Of a stretch of 64,000 nt of DNA, positions 10,778-21,336 are shown in pieces. Origin of the DNA: a virus; IMG/VR virus record IMGVR_UViG_3300033183_000354, positions 1 to 64,000 of that record. The stretch is one strand, 5' to 3'. The translations under genes and the position numbers were made by a program. Within the stretch, counting starts at the first letter, position 1. Each line of letters begins with the position of its first letter. The notes beneath the pieces are model-generated. The model ran no database searches and was not told where the DNA came from. It saw only the letters and a program-made list of their open reading frames with translations.

Positions 10778-12526
10778 ATGGCACTTTTTACACCGTCCGA
10801 ATCTCCTGCGGTTGTCGTCAAAGAAATAGATCTGACTGGCGGTGTGCCTAATGTCCAGTCAACTACCGGCGCAATTGTAGGGAATTTTAGATGGGGTCCT
10901 GTAGAGCAAAGAATTGCTGTAGCAAATGAAGCCGAGTTGGTGGATACATTTGCTGCTCCAGATTCTGCGAATACAGTCGATTTCCATTCTGCAGCGTATT
11001 TCTTACGCTATTCGAATTCACTTCAAGTAGTAAGAGAGACAACTTCAGCAGCAAAGAATGCTACTGCAAGTACTGGTCAGACAGCATCTGCTTCACCATC
11101 TGCAACTCAAGTAAAGAACGCAGATAATTTTGATGCTCTACTTAGCTCACTTGACTCCGATAAACATACATTTATTGCTCGTTATCCAGGTGCTCTTGGT
11201 AACAGCTTAAGAGTATCTATTTGTGGTCAGTCCACAAGTGATAGCGACTTTGATAACTGGACATATGCAAGTTCATTTGACTTAGCACCAGGAACAAGTA
11301 CTTTCGCTTCAAATAGATCAGCAACAAATGACGAAGCACACGTCGTAGTCGTCGACCAAGGTGGTTTGTTTACCGGTACTGCAGGCACAGTACTTGAAAC
11401 ATATCCATTTGTATCTGTTGGTTCAAATGCAAAGAACACTGATGGTACAAATAACTACATGATCGACGTCATTAACGACCGCTCTGAGTACGTACATATG
11501 GTTGGGTTTGATTCCAACTGGAATGCTGCTAGCGCTGGTTCTACTATCGATAGCGGTGATACGTTCTCTGTAGGTACAGGCGTACAAAACTACAACTTAG
11601 CTGGTGGCGTTAACTCAGCAGCTCTTGGTACTGCAGAATATTCAAGTGGTTATGACTACTTTGAAGACAAAGATCAAGTTGAACTTGACTTCCTTATTGC
11701 TCCTGGCATGTCGTCAAGAACAGATCAAACTACGATCGTTAACGATTTGGCTGCTACAGCAGCAAATACTCGTAAAGACTGTGTAGTTGTTGCTTCACCT
11801 GCTCGTGCAGATGTCGTCAACCAGACAAATGCAGCAACGATCACGACTAACATCACGACCACTGCTGATACGTTTACTAATTCTTCGTATCTGATCATGG
11901 ATGGTAACTATCTGAAAGTGTATGATAAGTACAACGATCAGTATATTCAAATCCCAGCCGCTTCTTCGACCGCAGGTCTAATGGCAGCAACTGATTTGAA
12001 TCGTGCCCCATGGTTCTCACCAGCAGGTTCGAGAAGAGGTCAGTATCTTGGAATCACAGCGATCCCTTATACACCCACTAAAGCTCAGAGAGATTCTCTC
12101 TACAAAAAAGGTGTAAATCCTGTCGCAAGTATCCCAGGTTCTGGTGTTATCCTCTTCGGTGATAAGACGAAACTCAACAGACCTTCTGCATTCGATCGTA
12201 TCAATGTACGTCGTCTCTTCTTGGTTCTCGAAAGAGCAATTGCAAGAGCAGCAGAATCAGTCCTCTTCGAATTCAATGATGAATTCACAAGAGCTGAGTT
12301 TGTTAACATCATCGAGCCAGTATTGAGAGAAGTAAAAGGTCGTCGTGGTATCACTGACTTCCGTGTTGTAGCTGATGAAACCAACAACACACCTGAAGTT
12401 ATTGATAGAAACGAATTTGTCGCTAGCATCTTCATCAAGCCGGCTCGGTCAATCAACTATGTCACTCTGAACTTTGTGGCGGTTAGAACTGGTGTCGACT
12501 TTGAAGAAGTCGTTGGCACGGTTTAA
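10778..12526 (+). CDS. gp18: tail sheath protein gp18
   Basis: SPAVVVKEIDLT, PWFSPAG, SAFDRINVRRLF, IKPARSINYVTLNFVA. Confidence 0.97.
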   Translation: MALFTPSESPAVVVKEIDLTGGVPNVQSTTGAIVGNFRWGPVEQRIAVANEAELVDTFAAPDSANTVDFHSAAYFLRYSNSLQVVRETTSAAKNATASTGQTASASPSATQVKNADNFDALLSSLDSDKHTFIARYPGALGNSLRVSICGQSTSDSDFDNWTYASSFDLAPGTSTFASNRSATNDEAHVVVVDQGGLFTGTAGTVLETYPFVSVGSNAKNTDGTNNYMIDVINDRSEYVHMVGFDSNWNAASAGSTIDSGDTFSVGTGVQNYNLAGGVNSAALGTAEYSSGYDYFEDKDQVELDFLIAPGMSSRTDQTTIVNDLAATAANTRKDCVVVASPARADVVNQTNAATITTNITTTADTFTNSSYLIMDGNYLKVYDKYNDQYIQIPAASSTAGLMAATDLNRAPWFSPAGSRRGQYLGITAIPYTPTKAQRDSLYKKGVNPVASIPGSGVILFGDKTKLNRPSAFDRINVRRLFLVLERAIARAAESVLFEFNDEFTRAEFVNIIEPVLREVKGRRGITDFRVVADETNNTPEVIDRNEFVASIFIKPARSINYVTLNFVAVRTGVDFEEVVGTV

Positions 12527-12547
12527 TAGCGCTAAGGAGATAAGAAA

Positions 12548-13084
12548 ATGGCAGTATTAGGAGTTGATGACTTTAAGTCCAAGCTGAGAGGTGGTGGCGC
12601 TAGACCTAATCTATTCAAAGCGACCATTAACTTTCCAGCATACGCAAATGGCGATGCCGAATTGACGTCGTTTCTCTGTGAAACGGCTCAACTTCCTGGC
12701 TCTACGATGGGAACGATCATCGTTCCTTTCCGTGGTCGTCAGCTGAAGATGGCAGGTGATCGCACATTCGCTGAATGGACAGTCACGATTATCAATGACA
12801 CAGACTTTGCAGTTCGTAACGCGATGGAACGTTGGATGAATGGTATTAATGCTCACTCAGCAAATACCGGTCTAACAGCACCAATCGCTTATGAAGCAGA
12901 TCTGAAAGTAGAACAGCTCGATAGAGACGGTAGTTCATTGAAAGAGTACATCTTTAGAGGTGCATTCCCATCTGATCTATCCCCAATCGATCTGAATTAT
13001 GGAGCCAACGATGAAATCGAAAGGTTCCAGGTCACATTCCAGTATCAGTATTTTGATGCTGAAAACCCGACCACTACTTCTTAA
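12548..13084 (+). CDS. gp19: tail tube protein gp19
   Basis: GGARPNLF, FRGRQLKMAGDRTF, IERFQVTFQY. Confidence 0.96.
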   Translation: MAVLGVDDFKSKLRGGGARPNLFKATINFPAYANGDAELTSFLCETAQLPGSTMGTIIVPFRGRQLKMAGDRTFAEWTVTIINDTDFAVRNAMERWMNGINAHSANTGLTAPIAYEADLKVEQLDRDGSSLKEYIFRGAFPSDLSPIDLNYGANDEIERFQVTFQYQYFDAENPTTTS

Positions 13085-13093
13085 ATAAATATA

Positions 13094-13127
13094 GGGAGGA
13101 CCAGATGGTTCTGGTCCTCTCATTTTA
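13094..13127 (+). terminator. stem-loop between gp19 and gp20 (terminator or 5' stabiliser)
   Basis: gaggaccaga-tggt-tctggtcctc, a perfect 10-bp stem, followed by a weak U tract and preceded by AATAAATA. Confidence 0.55.
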
Positions 13128-13142
13128 ATAAGGAATTGTTAG

Positions 13143-14702
13143 ATGGCAGAGAACGACAGAAGTCTTAAATTATTTGGTTTTGAAATTAAACGGGCTCAGA
13201 CTGACGACCCGAAGAAAAAGCCATCGATCGTACCTGCGAGAGATGATGACGGCGCGGGATATGTAACCGCGGCTGGTACGCATTACGGTCAATATATTAA
13301 TATCGATGGCGATGACGCTAAAGATAACTATAACTTAATCATGAAGTATCGTGGTGTATCAATGCACCCTGAAGTCGATATGGCTATTGAAGATATCGTC
13401 AATGAGTCAATTGCCGGTAGCGAGCTTGAACAACCAGTTGACATTAATATGGATAATCTTGAAGTTAGCGATAAGATTAAGAAAACAATTAAAGAAGAAT
13501 TTGATAACATCGTTGCAATGTTGAACTTTAATGAATTAGGCCATGATATCTTTAGACGTTGGTATATCGATGGCAGATTATATCATCATCTTGTAGTTAA
13601 TGAATCAAATTTAAAGGCTGGTATCCAAGAGATTCGGCCTATTGATTCTGCAAAAATGAGAAAAGTTAGACAAGTTAAAAAGAAAAAAGATGAAGAGACT
13701 GGTGCTCAGCTGATCAAGAAAGTAGATGAATATTACATTTATCAAGAGAAACCAGGTTCAGCACATAGCGCAGGAGTAAAGTTAAGCCTTGACTCTGTTT
13801 CATATGTAACTTCTGGTCTTTTAAATGAATCTCGGAAAAAGGTTGTATCATACCTTCATAAAGCACTAAAGCCTATTAACCAGTTAAGAATGATGGAAGA
13901 CTCTTTGGTCATCTATCGTTTGGCTCGTGCGCCTGAAAGACGCGTCTTTTATGTTGATGTTGGCAATTTACCTCGCGGTAAAGCTGAGCAATATATGAAA
14001 GATATTATGGCTCGCTATCGTAATAAACTCGTATACGACGCTTCTACTGGTCAAATTAGAGATGATCGTAAGCATATGTCTATGCTCGAAGATTTCTGGC
14101 TTCCAAGACGTGAAGGTGGAAGAAGTACTGAAATTACTACTTTACCTGGTGGTGAAAACTTAGGCCAGATTGATGATATCATTTATTTTCAAAAAAGACT
14201 GTATCGTTCATTAAATGTTCCAATTAATCGTTTAGAACAAGAGGCACAGTTTAGTCTTGGACGCTCTACTGAAGTATCGCGTGATGAACTTAAGTTTCAA
14301 AAGTTTATTGATCGCTTAAGATCTCGTTTCGCACATCTTTTCTATGATATCTTAAGAAAACAGTTAATTTTAAAAGGTGTTATTACAGAAGAAGATTGGA
14401 ATAATATCAAGAATGATATTGTTGTCGATTATATTCGCGATAATCACTTTACAGAGTTACGTGATGCTGAGATGTTAAGAGAAAGACTTCAGACTCTCGA
14501 TCAGATATCAAACTATGTTGGTGAATACTTCTCAAAAGAATGGATTCAAAAGAACGTTCTTCAATTCTCTGATGAAGATATTGAACAGATTAAAAAAGAA
14601 ATTGATGGTGAAGAAGCAGAACAGCCCGAGGAAGAACAGCCTCAAGAACAAGAACCTCAAGGACAAAGATTCGAATTAAAACCAGTTGCTCAAGGAGAAT
14701 AA
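13143..14702 (+). CDS. gp20: portal protein gp20
   Basis: LFGFEI, WYIDGR, YRLARAPERRVFYVDVGNLP, EDFWLPRREG, LPGGENLG. Confidence 0.97.
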   Translation: MAENDRSLKLFGFEIKRAQTDDPKKKPSIVPARDDDGAGYVTAAGTHYGQYINIDGDDAKDNYNLIMKYRGVSMHPEVDMAIEDIVNESIAGSELEQPVDINMDNLEVSDKIKKTIKEEFDNIVAMLNFNELGHDIFRRWYIDGRLYHHLVVNESNLKAGIQEIRPIDSAKMRKVRQVKKKKDEETGAQLIKKVDEYYIYQEKPGSAHSAGVKLSLDSVSYVTSGLLNESRKKVVSYLHKALKPINQLRMMEDSLVIYRLARAPERRVFYVDVGNLPRGKAEQYMKDIMARYRNKLVYDASTGQIRDDRKHMSMLEDFWLPRREGGRSTEITTLPGGENLGQIDDIIYFQKRLYRSLNVPINRLEQEAQFSLGRSTEVSRDELKFQKFIDRLRSRFAHLFYDILRKQLILKGVITEEDWNNIKNDIVVDYIRDNHFTELRDAEMLRERLQTLDQISNYVGEYFSKEWIQKNVLQFSDEDIEQIKKEIDGEEAEQPEEEQPQEQEPQGQRFELKPVAQGE

Positions 14703-14705
14703 ATT

Positions 14706-15026
14706 ATGAGTGAAGAAACAATGGAAATGGAAAATGAAGTTGAAGCAAATCCTATTCAGGATATGATTCAACACGCACTTGATCAGAATTTCAATAAAGC
14801 TACTGATACTTTTAATGATATGATGACAGTAAAAATGTCTGATTTGCTCGATCAAGAAAAGATTAGATTGGCTGATGAAATTTATAATGGCGCTGAGCCA
14901 GAAGATGATCAAATGGAAATGGATTTTGATGAAGATGATGAAGATCTTCTCGACGATGAAGATTTAGAAGATCTTGATGACGAGGATGAAGATGAAGATC
15001 TCGATGAAGAAGAAGTAGAAAACTAA
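14706..15026 (+). CDS. acidic prohead core protein (gp67-like)
   Basis: Lies between gp20 and gp21; extremely D/E rich. Confidence 0.65.
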   Translation: MSEETMEMENEVEANPIQDMIQHALDQNFNKATDTFNDMMTVKMSDLLDQEKIRLADEIYNGAEPEDDQMEMDFDEDDEDLLDDEDLEDLDDEDEDEDLDEEEVEN

Positions 15027-15031
15027 TTTTT

Positions 15032-15039
15032 TATAAATA
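15032..15039 (+). promoter_or_regulatory. late promoter TATAAATA
   Basis: Exact consensus upstream of gp21. Confidence 0.8.
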
Positions 15040-15068
15040 ATTAGTACAAACATAAAAAGGTTTAAAAG

Positions 15069-15725
15069 ATGAAGCTTATTGCAGAATATACAGACAGAGA
15101 ATTAGAAGTTCTTGTTGAAGCAAAAGATGGCAAAAAGTCTTATGCCATTGAAGGTATCTTCATGCAAGCTGAATCTAAGAATCGTAACGGTCGGATTTAT
15201 CCGCGGCGCGTAATGGATGGTGCTGTTAACAAGTATAATACTGAACAGGTTATTCCAGGTCGTGCTGTAGGCGAATTGAATCACCCTGAAGGACCGACTG
15301 TTAATTTAGATAAAGTTTCTCACAAGATCGAATCCCTCAATTGGCAGGGTAACGATGTTGTGGGTAAAGCAACCATTTTGGCCACTCCTATGGGAGAAAT
15401 CGTAAAAGGTTTACTCGACGGTGGTGTCAAACTGGGTGTTTCGACTCGTGGTATGGGAAGTTTGGCTCGCGGTGATGGCGCAATGATCGTCAAAGACGAT
15501 TTCATGCTTAACGCAGTAGACATTGTTCAGGATCCCTCCGCACCTAGCGCTTTCGTTAATGGAATAATGGAAGGTGTCGAGTGGGTATGGAACAACGGCA
15601 TTATCGAAGCTCAGACAATTGAAAAAATGGAGACTGAAATTAAGAAAGCTCCACGTGCTGATCTCTATGAGACTCAGGTTCGTGAGTTTAAAAATTTCCT
15701 CTCGTTGCTCAAAAAACAATTGTAA
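15069..15725 (+). CDS. gp21: prohead protease gp21
   Basis: KNRNGRIYP, GELNHP, GVSTRGMGSL, DIVQDPSAPSAFV. Confidence 0.96.
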   Translation: MKLIAEYTDRELEVLVEAKDGKKSYAIEGIFMQAESKNRNGRIYPRRVMDGAVNKYNTEQVIPGRAVGELNHPEGPTVNLDKVSHKIESLNWQGNDVVGKATILATPMGEIVKGLLDGGVKLGVSTRGMGSLARGDGAMIVKDDFMLNAVDIVQDPSAPSAFVNGIMEGVEWVWNNGIIEAQTIEKMETEIKKAPRADLYETQVREFKNFLSLLKKQL

Positions 15726-15737
15726 AAGGAGTCACTT

Positions 15738-16808
15738 ATGACTGAAGATCAAATGATTGAAGATCAAGAAGTAGAACTCCATGACGAAGTAACAGACGAA
15801 GTTGTGGAAGAAGGAACTCACGATCCTAAAAACGCTGAAGCACAGTCAGTAGCATCTGTTGATAAAGCAGAAAATGCTGGTAAAACTGCTAAGAAGCGTA
15901 AAGGCGATAACACTAAACAAGATCCAATGCCTAAGATGCCTGGCACCAAAGCTGGTATGATTAATGCCGCTTTTAACCATATGTCAGCAATGAGGAAAGA
16001 AGATCTTGCTATTGCTCTGAAGAAGCTGATGTCTGAAGATGTAGAACTCGATGCAGATGAAGCAGATGCTGCACCTGCACTGAACTACGAAGCAGATTTC
16101 TCTGATGACCTGAATGCTCTTATCAATAATGAAGCAACTCTTTCCGAAGAGTTCAAAGATAAAGCATCTATCATCTTTGAAGCTGCTATCAAGTCTAAGC
16201 TTTCTGAAGAGATCGATCGTCTCGAAGAAAAGTACAACGAAGAACTCGAAGCAGAAATCGAATCTACTAAGAGTGATCTCGTAGAGAAAGTTGACAGCTA
16301 CTTGAACTACGTAGTTGAAAACTGGATGGAAGAAAACAAATTAGCCATCCAGACTGGCCTCCGTACGGAAATCGCTGAAGAATTCATGGGTAAGTTGAAA
16401 GACCTATTCACTGAATCTTACATCGAAGTTCCAGAAGGTAAGGTCGACCTGGTTGACGAACTTGCTGAAACCGTTGAAGAGCTCGAAGAAAAGCTCAACG
16501 CACAGACAAGTCAAGCTATTGCAATGGCTGAGGAACTCGAAAGCTACAAGCGTGATGCGATTATCGCTGAAGCAGCTCGTGGTTTGGCAGACACTCAAGT
16601 CGAAAAACTTAAGTCTTTGGTTGAAGACGTCGATTTCGATGATGAAGAAACTTTTGCTGATAAAGTTGCTACCATCAAAGAATCATACTTTAACAAAGCA
16701 AAAGCTGAGTCTGCAGGCTTTGATTCAGAAGAAGACGAAGACGAAACCGTCGAAGTCTCTGGTTCAATGGCTCAGTACCTTAACGCCCTTAAAGCAACAT
16801 CGAAATAA
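15738..16808 (+). CDS. gp22: prohead scaffold gp22
   Basis: LSEEFKDKASIIFEAA, VDSYLNYVVENW, IKESYF; synteny. Confidence 0.94.
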   Translation: MTEDQMIEDQEVELHDEVTDEVVEEGTHDPKNAEAQSVASVDKAENAGKTAKKRKGDNTKQDPMPKMPGTKAGMINAAFNHMSAMRKEDLAIALKKLMSEDVELDADEADAAPALNYEADFSDDLNALINNEATLSEEFKDKASIIFEAAIKSKLSEEIDRLEEKYNEELEAEIESTKSDLVEKVDSYLNYVVENWMEENKLAIQTGLRTEIAEEFMGKLKDLFTESYIEVPEGKVDLVDELAETVEELEEKLNAQTSQAIAMAEELESYKRDAIIAEAARGLADTQVEKLKSLVEDVDFDDEETFADKVATIKESYFNKAKAESAGFDSEEDEDETVEVSGSMAQYLNALKATSK

Positions 16809-16820
16809 TAGGAGTCCTCG

Positions 16821-18185
16821 ATGCATAACGTTATTTCTTACGACAAGCTCGTAGAAAAATGGGCCCCAGTTCTGAATGAAGAGTCTGCGGGTACCATTAA
16901 AGACGCACACAGAAAAGCTGTAACTGCAGCTGTTCTGGAAAACCAAGAAATTGAAATGAGACAACAAAGCCTCATGGAAGCACCAACCAACGCTGCTGGC
17001 GCTGGCACCGTTGCTTCTGGTGGCGCAGCCGATAACTGGAACCCAATCCTTATCGCACTCGTACGTCGTGCAATGCCTAACCTTATGGCTTATGACATTG
17101 CTGGTGTTCAGCCAATGACCGGTCCTACTGGCCTGATCTTCGCGATGAAGTCACGCTATAAGACAACCAAAGCTGGTGTATCTTCAGGCGATGAAGCACT
17201 GTTCAACGAAGCAGCTGTTGGCTTCTCTGGCGATTCTGCTGCAACTGGTAACGGTTCATATGGTCCTTCAGGTCTCGTAGGTCTGACTGACTCAAACAGC
17301 GATTCTTCGATCGACAACGATCGTCAAAAAGCTGGTGCTCCTTACCTTGGTGACAACTACACCACAGCCGAAGCAGAAGCACTTGGCGAAGCTTCTGGTG
17401 AAGACTTTGCTGAAATGGGCTTCACCATTGACAAAGCAACTGTGACTGCTAAGTCACGTGCTCTGAAAGCAGAATACAGCTTGGAATTGGCACAGGATCT
17501 GAAAGCTATTCATGGTCTGGATGCTGAAACCGAACTGGCAAACATTCTGTCTACAGAAATTCTTGCTGAAATCAACCGTGAAGTTGTTCGTACGATCAAC
17601 TCACAAGCTAAGACTGGTGCACTTCAGTCCAACACTGCAGTAAACGGTATCTTCAACGTTCAGACGGACGCTGATGGTCGTTGGTCAGTTGAAAAGTTCA
17701 AGGGTCTGATCCTTCAGATCGAGCGTGAAGCTAACGTAATTGCTAAGCAAACACGTCGGGGTAAAGGTAACTTCATGGTATGTTCCTCTGACGTTGCTTC
17801 TGCTCTTGCTGCTTCAGGCATGCTGGACTATGCTCCTGCCATGAACACAAACCTCAACGTTGACGACACTGGTAACACCTTCGCCGGTGTACTGAACGGT
17901 CGCATGAGAGTATATGTTGATCCATATGCAACTGGTGACTACATCAACGTAGGTTACAAAGGTACTAACCCATACGACGCTGGCGTGTTCTACTGCCCAT
18001 ACGTTCCATTGACAATGGTACGTGCGGTTGGTGAAGACACCTTCCAGCCACGGATCGGCTTCAAGACTCGTTACGGTATGGCTTCCAACCCATTCGTTGG
18101 TACCAACCCAGCTGACGGGCTTGCAACCGCTCGTAGTAACCAATACTACAGAATCTTCCGCGTGGACAACATCCTCGGCGCGTAA
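16821..18185 (+). CDS. gp23: major capsid protein gp23
   Basis: LVRRAMPNL, GVQPMTGPTGLIFAM, ELAQDLKAIHGLDAE, FYCPYVPL, GFKTRYG. Confidence 0.98.
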   Translation: MHNVISYDKLVEKWAPVLNEESAGTIKDAHRKAVTAAVLENQEIEMRQQSLMEAPTNAAGAGTVASGGAADNWNPILIALVRRAMPNLMAYDIAGVQPMTGPTGLIFAMKSRYKTTKAGVSSGDEALFNEAAVGFSGDSAATGNGSYGPSGLVGLTDSNSDSSIDNDRQKAGAPYLGDNYTTAEAEALGEASGEDFAEMGFTIDKATVTAKSRALKAEYSLELAQDLKAIHGLDAETELANILSTEILAEINREVVRTINSQAKTGALQSNTAVNGIFNVQTDADGRWSVEKFKGLILQIEREANVIAKQTRRGKGNFMVCSSDVASALAASGMLDYAPAMNTNLNVDDTGNTFAGVLNGRMRVYVDPYATGDYINVGYKGTNPYDAGVFYCPYVPLTMVRAVGEDTFQPRIGFKTRYGMASNPFVGTNPADGLATARSNQYYRIFRVDNILGA

Positions 18186-18209
18186 GTCTGATAATAAAAT
18201 CATTAAACT

Positions 18210-18236
18210 GGAGCGGCTTCGGCCGCTCCTTTTTTT
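18210..18236 (+). terminator. Rho-independent terminator after gp23
   Basis: ggagcggc-ttcg-gccgctcc followed by T7. Confidence 0.93.
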
Positions 18237-18247
18237 ATCTGATCTTG

Positions 18248-18255
18248 TATAAATA
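18248..18255 (+). promoter_or_regulatory. late promoter TATAAATA
   Basis: Consensus only 5 nt before the gp3 ATG (probably a leaderless mRNA). Confidence 0.75.
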
Positions 18256-18260
18256 GAACT

Positions 18261-18824
18261 ATGGCAGAATTAACACAAAATTTTAATTATCTTCAACCTA
18301 CTTCATTTAAGTTGACAGTAGATAGAAAGAATTATCCTAATTTAGAATTCTTTTGTCAGTCATTCATCCATCCTGGCATGATTATGAATGCTGTCGAAGT
18401 GCCTTATAAAAAATTAACAGGCATTCCTTTTATTGGTGATAAACTTACATTTAATGAATTACAAGCTAATATCCTTCTTGACGAAGACATGAAAGCATAC
18501 GACGAAATGTATTCATGGATGCGTAGGATATTAGATATTCCAAATGCAACTCCTACTCAAAGGACGGCTGATCAACCTCCTTCAGTAGCAGATATGACTT
18601 TGACTATTTTATCAAGTCATAATAACCTAACGAGACAAGTACGATATATCGATTGTATTCCTACAGCTTTGACTGATATTCAATTTGAATCTACAGCTGG
18701 CGGTGAATCGTTTATTGTATTTGGAGCTTCGTTTAGATTTTCTTATTTTGAATTGAGCGGTGCATCATATACAACGAGTGTAGCAGGTGCTCCATCGATT
18801 ACAGTTGAAAGACAGTTAACTTAA
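18261..18824 (+). CDS. gp3: tail completion protein gp3
   Basis: NYLQPTSFKL, LEFFCQ, GDKLTF, LLDEDM..YDEMYSW; follows gp23 as in marine T4-likes. Confidence 0.85.
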   Translation: MAELTQNFNYLQPTSFKLTVDRKNYPNLEFFCQSFIHPGMIMNAVEVPYKKLTGIPFIGDKLTFNELQANILLDEDMKAYDEMYSWMRRILDIPNATPTQRTADQPPSVADMTLTILSSHNNLTRQVRYIDCIPTALTDIQFESTAGGESFIVFGASFRFSYFELSGASYTTSVAGAPSITVERQLT

Positions 18825-18865
18825 TTAATATATAGTTAAGTTGATTATATAATGTAGGTAATAAA

Positions 18866-19309
18866 ATGAATTTGAAGAATATCCATGAGATGTGGTCGAA
18901 AGACTGTATTATTGATAATATGAATTTAGATGAATCTTCTAGAAAATCCCCTATCCTTCATGCTAAATATCTAGAATTACTTTCAACTGCTAAGTTACGG
19001 TTGAAGAGGGCAGAATTTTCTCAGAAAACATTACTAAAACAAAAATGGTTATATTATAATGGAAAGATGGATCAAGGAGTAATGGAAGAATTGGGTTGGG
19101 AACCTGATCCATTTGATGGCTTAAAAATCTTAAAAGGTGAGATGGATTATTATTATGAGTCAGATCCAGAGATTCAAAAGTCAGAAGAAAAAATACAATA
19201 TTATAAAACTATGATCGAGACTCTTACAGAGATCGTTGATAATATTAAGTGGCGACATCAGACTATAGGAAATATGATTAAGTGGAGACAATTCGAGTCA
19301 GGAAACTAA
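18866..19309 (+). CDS. uvsY: recombination mediator UvsY
   Basis: MWSKDC.ID, PILHAKYL, KWLYYNGK, W.QFESG. Confidence 0.9.
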   Translation: MNLKNIHEMWSKDCIIDNMNLDESSRKSPILHAKYLELLSTAKLRLKRAEFSQKTLLKQKWLYYNGKMDQGVMEELGWEPDPFDGLKILKGEMDYYYESDPEIQKSEEKIQYYKTMIETLTEIVDNIKWRHQTIGNMIKWRQFESGN

Positions 19310-20766
19310 ATCACGCGCATCTTCATGTCGACTGTGATTCTAGTATTGCACAAGAGCTAAATGAATACTTTAGCTTCTATGTGCCAGGCTATAAGTTTAT
19401 GCCAGCATATCGTAATAAGGTATGGGATGGAAAGATTCGCCTATTTAATCGTAATACAGGCGAATTACCTGCAGGTTTAATTCATCATTTAGTACAATTT
19501 TCGCGTACTCGTGAATATATAATTGAATCGATCGATTCACCATATGGTTTACCTTACGAGAAGCAAGAAATTAACGTCGATAAACTTTCCTCTTTTATTA
19601 ATTCTCTTTCTCTTCCTTTTGATATTCGTCCATATCAGTTGGATTGCGTTCAAAAAGGATTAGAGAGAAAACGCGGGGTCTTGTTATCACCGACAGGATC
19701 TGGTAAATCACTTATCATATATGTGATACTATCATATTACTTGGGGCTCTTGAGAGGCGAAAGTGATAACCGAGTATTACTTATCGTACCGACAACTTCT
19801 CTTGTAGAACAGATGCATTCCGACTTTATTGAATATGGTATGCCAGAAAACTTGACACATAAGATCTATTCAGGTAAAGATAAAGAATTTAAAACACCGA
19901 TTGTTATCTCTACATGGCAATCAATCTATAAGTTACCTAAACAATGGTTTCAACAATTTGGTATGGTAATTGGCGACGAATGTCATGGCTTTAAATCGAA
20001 GTCATTGATGTCTATTATGAATAAATGCACAGAAGCAGAATATAGATTTGGAACGACAGGAACTCTCGATGGAACACAAACACATGAGTTGGTCTTACAA
20101 GGCCTCTTTGGTAGAACTTATAAAGTTACCACTACCCGAGAACTACAAGATGACGATCACCTTGCAAGCCTCAACATTAAACGAATCGAACTTGAATACG
20201 ACGAAAAACGACGAAAAGAATTTGGACCAAAAACATATCAAGACGAAATAGACTTTATCGTATCGAATGAACAAAGAAATAAATTTATTAGAAACTTAAC
20301 TGTGAGTCTTGAAGGTAATACTCTTGTTCTTTATAACTATGTCGAAAAACATGGCAAACCGTTATTTGAGATGATAGAAGGGTTTGTTGAAGAAGGAAGA
20401 AGAGTGTTTTTTGTTTCAGGTGGCACTGATACAGCCGATCGTGAAGCTATTCGAGGCATCGTTGAAAAACAAAAAAGCGCGATTATTGTGGCAAGCCTTG
20501 GTACATTCTCAACAGGCATTAATATTAAAAATCTTCATAATATCATCTTTGCTTCACCTTCGAAGTCACAGATCAGAGTATTACAATCGATTGGTCGTGG
20601 TTTAAGAAAGTCAGATGATGATCGCGAAACTGTATTGTATGATATTATAGATAATATTAGCTGGAAGAGTAGAAAGAACTTTGCCTTGATTCACAGTGAA
20701 GAAAGGCTTAAGATCTATAAGAATGAGAAATTTGACTTTAAAACCTATAAGGTGCCATTAAAATAA
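19282..20766 (+). CDS. uvsW: SF2 helicase UvsW
   Basis: WDGKIRLF, SPTGSGKS, DECH, GTTGT, QSIGRGLR. Confidence 0.95.
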   Translation: METIRVRKLNHAHLHVDCDSSIAQELNEYFSFYVPGYKFMPAYRNKVWDGKIRLFNRNTGELPAGLIHHLVQFSRTREYIIESIDSPYGLPYEKQEINVDKLSSFINSLSLPFDIRPYQLDCVQKGLERKRGVLLSPTGSGKSLIIYVILSYYLGLLRGESDNRVLLIVPTTSLVEQMHSDFIEYGMPENLTHKIYSGKDKEFKTPIVISTWQSIYKLPKQWFQQFGMVIGDECHGFKSKSLMSIMNKCTEAEYRFGTTGTLDGTQTHELVLQGLFGRTYKVTTTRELQDDDHLASLNIKRIELEYDEKRRKEFGPKTYQDEIDFIVSNEQRNKFIRNLTVSLEGNTLVLYNYVEKHGKPLFEMIEGFVEEGRRVFFVSGGTDTADREAIRGIVEKQKSAIIVASLGTFSTGINIKNLHNIIFASPSKSQIRVLQSIGRGLRKSDDDRETVLYDIIDNISWKSRKNFALIHSEERLKIYKNEKFDFKTYKVPLK

Positions 20767-21242
20767 TGAATAGTGCATTTAAACAATTTAAGCTATCAAA
20801 TGATGATGAGATCATTTGTGAAATCATTGAATGGAATGATCATGAGAATGATGCCATTATTGTACGAGGCGTAATGAAAGTTGTACATGTTGAAGATTTT
20901 GAAAAAGCTATTCGTTTTTATGCGTTTAGGCCATGGATGGTATTCAATGATGATCCGGATGAACTACTTACTATTAATTCGGGCCACATCGTAGCAGAGA
21001 TCACGCCTTCGAAAGAGATTTATGAACATTATATCAGATCTTTAGGTGAATTAAAAGATGCTCTATCAGCTAGAAAAAAACGAAAAACGATGTCACTTGA
21101 TGAAGTTGCTAATAAATTAAGTGAACTCGACGAAGAAGATTTTGACGCGTATATCCAACAACTATCTGCAGAGATGGATGAAGTTGACTCTGATATGCCT
21201 GAAAACGTGATTAAGTTTAAACCAAAGGGCACCTATCACTAG
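20766..21242 (+). CDS. conserved T4-like hypothetical protein between uvsW and gp55
   Basis: KLSNDDEIIC N-terminus, FRPW motif; coupled by a TAATG overlap. Confidence 0.6.
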   Translation: MNSAFKQFKLSNDDEIICEIIEWNDHENDAIIVRGVMKVVHVEDFEKAIRFYAFRPWMVFNDDPDELLTINSGHIVAEITPSKEIYEHYIRSLGELKDALSARKKRKTMSLDEVANKLSELDEEDFDAYIQQLSAEMDEVDSDMPENVIKFKPKGTYH

Positions 21243-21336
21243 ATTATACTGCCCTCTGGAAAAGCCTTAACTTATTATACCAAACCTGACAAGTTTGTAC
21301 ATGCTTATTTTTTTTAATGAAAACAATATTTAACTG

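Noticed and set aside
14910-15020. gatgaa/gaagat low-complexity repeat
   Set aside because: Simply encodes the acidic tail of the core protein; not a CRISPR or other array.
17814-18203. 129-aa minus-strand ORF
   Set aside because: Antisense shadow of the codon-biased gp23; no RBS or promoter.
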